DNA of 63,739 nt, the filler included, from Guillardia theta CCMP2712 (taxonomy: Eukaryota; Protista; Cryptophyta): the NCBI RefSeq assembly GCF_000315625.1. It is 6 parts of 6 records of this genome, joined end to end, with 100 filler letters (N's around TTAATTAATTAA, not from the genome) between each part and the next. Parts side by side here need not be neighbours in the genome. Positions count along the whole stretch, not along the records: positions 42,203 to 62,522 come from NW_005434600.1; positions 62,623 to 63,739 come from NW_005434026.1; 4 more parts are not named here. One strand, written 5' to 3'. This document shows positions 52,336 through 63,739 of the stretch, one piece after another. How positions within the stretch are numbered: position 1 is the first letter of the stretch; every line of letters starts with the position of its first letter. The position numbers were made by a program, and so were the translations under genes. The notes beneath the pieces are model-generated. The model did not search any database, was not told the DNA's origin, and was given only the letters and a program-made list of their open reading frames with translations.

Positions 52336-55035
52336 ATGGCGTGGGGTGCGATGGCTAAGGAGGAGGCGACGAAGATGCTGGTGATCTGCTATGGCATGGC
52401 GATGATAGGATGCAGCATGGCCTGGGCTCCTGCTCCTTCCTGTTTCCTAGCTACCAGGCACACTCTTGGATCCATGAAGAGCCTGGGTTCACCCATTCGC
52501 AACGTCGGACGATCGTGCCTGGCGAGATCAGCGAAACCCAGCGTAGTCGGGCTTGCAATGCGCTGGACAGAGGAGGAGAGGATGCAAAGAGAAGCTGCAA
52601 GACTGGAAAGAGAGGAGAAGATCAGGAAGGAGAGAGAAGAGCGGCAGAGACTACTGGCAGAGATGGACCAGGAATTTTCGCAACAGAAGGCTACCACGGT
52701 GAGGAGGAGCGAGTGACGAGCCGCATCCATAATGTAACTCTTGTATGAACAGCCGTCGAACTTGGCCGGCTCAGGAAAGGAAGGGTTTGCCATTCAGGAT
52801 GGAAACTATGGCGAGAACGCGAAGGGCCTCTTTGGCTGGGCGAACAACAACCCCTCTAGCAAGAACGCCATTTACGATACAGAATTCATCAATAGCGCTG
52901 CTGTAAGCTTGTACTTTATCCTGCTGATCTCTCCCTCTATGAAGTCTTGTTCTCCTCTCGTTTTTGCTTCTCGTCCCCTACCCTGAATCATCACTGACCG
53001 TCCTCTAATTTGTTACCTCTGCCTCCTTCCCATCAAGCTTCGTCCCTGACGCAAGCCTGTCTGATCTCACTGCTTCAGGGGGGAGGAAATGTCGGAGAGA
53101 TGATGATCGCACTTCGTGGAAAGGGGAAGACTGCAGAAAGCCGGGAGACGACGATTCCTGGCAAGAACGGCAACGCCCTGAAGATTTACTACAGGTGCTT
53201 CAGTCATTGTTGGGGACGGTGAGGGTGCTAAACTCTGGTTGAATGATACCAGACAGATGGGCGATGTTGAGAACAGCAGACTCAGCCCCGTGCTGATGGT
53301 TCACGGGGTGAGGAAACCTGAAGGAGGAGGTTTCTTGCTAGGGCTGACGATGCAGGACAGATCTTGGATCACAGTTGGTCGTGGAGGGAATTGATGAACA
53401 AAGTTTCATCGCAGGGTCAACCGTGTCTTGCGCTCGACATGCCAGGATCTGGTTACTCTGCCTGGCCGCAGGTCAGACCTTGTTGGTTTTTTGACGTTGG
53501 TTGTGAGTTTGACGACCTTGCCTGCAGCCAGGGTTTGACTTTGAATGGAGCGAGAAGGATATCAAGCAAGTTTTCAGCAGCTTTCTTGATGTAGGAGGAT
53601 TGAAATTTCACCTCAGCCCCTTGTTTCTCATCTCTCATCCTCCACCATGCACATCCTCTCCTTGTTGACACGTGAAGTTCGGATGACAAGTTGTGCACCG
53701 CAGGCCGTAAATGTTCCACGAGTTACCCTTGTTGTTCAAGGTTTCGTGTACAGCCAGGTAAGATCCTTGCTAATGAGAGGCTTGTTCAAGGGCTGATGAA
53801 GTGTTTGTAGTATGCTCTTCTGTGGGCGTTCGAAAACCCGGACAGGATTGACAAGATTGTTGTGCTCAACACCCCGATCAAGGTGAATCTCAAGGCAGCT
53901 TCCCACAGAGTTTGACTGCAATCAGACCGGAACCAAACTTCCCTTTGAGCTGCAGCAGTACAAGCTTCCCTTCGTCTCCTCCTTCGTCGCTCAGGTGATC
54001 CGCCGCCTTCTCTACCTCTTCCAGCGACAGAACTGACTTCTTCCTCTTGCCAACAGGACGCCATGAGAGCTGAGAGGTTCCTTGAGGCCGGCAGCGCCTA
54101 CGCCATGGACGTCGCTGTCAGTGACTCCCACTCTCCTCCCCCGCAATGCTGAGCGAACATGCGCAGGATGCTGATCGTTATCGCGAACCCTTCCTTGAAA
54201 GCATGATGCCGGGATTGGTGAAATTCAACGTCCTACCATCTATGTTCTAACCTCGACTCCTCCTCCTCCTCTTCCTCCTCCTCCTCCTCCCTCCTCCTCT
54301 TCCTCCTCCTTCTCCTCCTCCTCTTCCTCCTCCTTTACAGGCTGTAGTTGATGCCATGAAGCGCTACGACCATGACGCTATCCTGTGAGCAGCAGCTCCT
54401 GGGCTCGTTCCTGGAGCGCTAGCTGACTCATCTCCAGCTCCCGCGTCACCAAGATGGCGAGCTCGAGCAAGCTGCCCGTGTTGGTGGCCTGGGGAACCAA
54501 CGACAAGTACCTCAGCTCGGAGGAGGCGAACAGCTGGGCAGAGGTCAGCTGGGGTGCAGGTTGGGAGGACGTCCAGCTGAGAGAGATGAGTGCAGGAGAC
54601 CGGGAAGACGTTCAAGGCCGTCCCAGGGAGCGCAGGGTTTCAAGTGCAGATGGACTACCCTGAATCCGTCTATGACACGGTGATCCTTCGAGCAGACCTG
54701 TGATCGAGGAGACTCTGACAAGACTTGTGATCTCCTGCTCTTCTCGCCTCGCCACGCCTTTCCTCTCTCCCCCCTCCCTTCCGCCTCTCCCTTCCCACTC
54801 CCTTCCCTCCTCCTTACTGCAGATTCGCGGATTCATCTCTTCCCCTTCCTCCGCCCCTCCCCAAGCTTCCGCCGCCGCCGCCCTTCCGGCAGGATGGCAG
54901 GTGAGCGTACATCTTCAGCGTCTTCCTCCTCCTTACCAGACTCTCCTCAAGATGTTCAAGGACGAGGCCACCGGAAGAGACTACTACTACAACGCCAACA
55001 CGCAGGCTACTCAGTGGGATCGCCCCCAGAACTGA
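52336..55035 (+). CDS. Plastid-targeted alpha/beta-hydrolase-fold protein (haloalkane dehalogenase-like) with C-terminal WW domain
   Basis: Bipartite presequence ..AMIGCSMA|WAPAP (ASAFAP-type). PVLMVHG|ILDHSWSWRELM..CLALDMPGSGYS, LVVQGFVYSQ|YALLWAFENPDRIDKIVVLNTP, LPVLVAWGTNDKYL. Tail LPAGWQ|MFKDEATGRDYYYNANTQATQWDRP. Confidence 0.85.
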
Positions 55036-55129
55036 GGAGACCAGGCGGTCGAGAACTTGAAAGCGGTCGAGAACTTGAAAGGCGGTCGAGAACTTAGAGT
55101 TCTCCGTGGCAGTTAGGCAGCAAGTTGAC

Positions 55130-55810
55130 TTGCGACCGGCCGGCGGCTGATTTGAAAAATTGAACATGAAAAAGCCATCAAGCTTAATGGCATGTTAAAG
55201 TTACATTTCACCGTGACTGAAATGTGTCGCCTAGCCTAGTAGGCGTCGCTGAGTCATCAGCGGCCGCCGCCGGGCCATCCGGCCTGAGTCCGGGCCGAGC
55301 CTTGAACCCCCTCAATACTCACTGTTCCTCTTGACATGAAACTTGGGCCCGGCGGGGTTACGCCGGGGCCGTCCGAGTCACCGGGCCGGTGACCGCCCGG
55401 CGCGCTTGACAGAGGCCAGGCCGCAAGTTTGTTAGACTTGTACTGTGCCGAGTAATGCAGACATCATAACGACCTTAGTTGCAACAAGACACGGTAGATA
55501 GACTGTATCACCAGTGCTAGGATGTGAAACCCAAGCCTGGCACAAAGACATGACTCGTGAGAGGACCTTAGGAAGACGGGCCCCTCAATTCGTCGCACGT
55601 ACTACATTCCGTCACATTGCCGTCTCGAAAACACGTAAGGGTCGTCTTGGTTTACAGGACAGTTTTGTTAACTCGGCGCTATCTGACTGGCACGGCTGGC
55701 ATGCGATCCGTCCGATACGGTCCGGTCAGCGCTTCCGAACTCCGTTCTCGCCGGTGCCGCAGTGGGCGGGCCGGCCCCCCGGACCGCGTACCGGGTCCAA
55801 TCACGAATTG
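55130..55810. other. Two CCGG/GAGTCA-rich intergenic blocks (55130-55440, 55680-55810)
   Basis: GCGGCCGCCGCCGGGCCATCCGGCCTGAGTCCGGGCCG, CCGAGTCACCGGGCCGGTGACCGCCCGG, GGGCCGGCCCCCCGGACCGCGTACCGGG. Confidence 0.7.
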
Positions 55811-56361
55811 TTGACGTTACAGATTCGTAACGACCAGCAACGGCCATCATCATGGCGGGAAGGCGGTTCGTCTGAGGTAAAGGATGGGCGATGAGGAGGA
55901 AGAAGAGGAAGAGAGAAGGAAAGAGAGAGAGAAGCATGCGCATGCAGAATAGAGACTGATGGAGACAGAAGAGAGGAGGGAGAGAGGGGGGGAAAGTTTG
56001 AACAGAAATGCTGTTGTCGACAAACAGCGTCAAACAACTTCCTGATGCTTTCACTTCTTGGCTGTTTACATGTAATGTCACGCCGAGAGCTTCAAGAGAT
56101 CTTACGATCACTGACTGTCTTGCCCATGCTCTCTCACTATCATTTCCATCACCTTCTATCTTCCTGTCCTACCACATCCCTTTTCCTACATAACAGCATG
56201 ATGCTGTCCTACCACATCCCTTTTCCTACATAACAGCATGAGCATGCACTGGCATGAGGACCGTACTGTTTTGCTGTGGTTCTTCCATGAGATATACCAG
56301 AAACCATTGATGCCTCATCCTATTCGCTCACACGATTTCTGACCATCTTGTCTGTCTTTCA

Positions 56362-63407
<7,046 letters not shown>

Positions 63408-63739
63408 GTCAGCATCTTTACTCTGACCGCAAGTACCCTCTGCTCCTCCATCTGCTGCCCCTGTCCCTCCTCCTCCTCCTCCTTCTCCTCCTCCTCCTCC
63501 TCCTCCTCCTCCTCCTCCTCTTCCATCTCTTACCACCATTGCACTCAAGGCAGAGGGGAAACTGAACTCTCAGTTGGGCGGTTGTATCTCGCCCGAACCG
63601 AACTTAGATGACCCTGCACAGAGAGCAGCTCCGCCAACTTTTCGCTCAAGATCGGGGCACAAACTCTTAGCAGGGTTGAGCAGGTAATAGGCACAGCTGC
63701 GGGCATGTTCGAAAGATCACCGAGTAAAAGAAGAATGGA

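Noticed and set aside
56164-56240. 40-bp direct duplication (also short duplications at 38421, 48526, 50937, 55044)
   Set aside because: Local slippage duplications with no element between copies; not target-site duplications.

Overview
Eukaryotic, intron-dense nuclear scaffold of a protist with a secondary plastid. Short GT-AG and some GC-AG introns with CTGAC-type branch points, microsatellite-filled introns and bipartite signal+transit presequences suggest a cryptophyte such as Guillardia; the taxon is inferred, not verified. About 16-17 protein genes were reconstructed by hand-splicing. They include a cytochrome b5 + at least four-globin fusion (runs off the left edge), UTP20, a FUT8/GT23-like fragment, a PROSER3-like protein, the N-terminal part of L-galactono-1,4-lactone dehydrogenase and a bacterial-like metallophosphoesterase. 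There is also a head-to-head inverted duplicate of an intronless HSF-like gene, a two-domain pepsin-family protease, two plastid-targeted WW-domain proteins, a PAQR/hemolysin-III protein and an MRS2 Mg transporter. A gap-bounded contig (27383-30425) carries a degenerate RLE-type non-LTR retroelement with a perfect 115-bp inverted repeat. Top candidates for novelty are the b5-tetraglobin (globin 3 lacks the proximal His) and two recurrent, non-periodic intergenic sequence classes (ACCC/GGGT-rich and CCGG/GAGTC-rich) whose positions track gene orientation. Eleven assembly gaps limit several gene models, and most short ORFs in the track are artefacts of low-complexity DNA.
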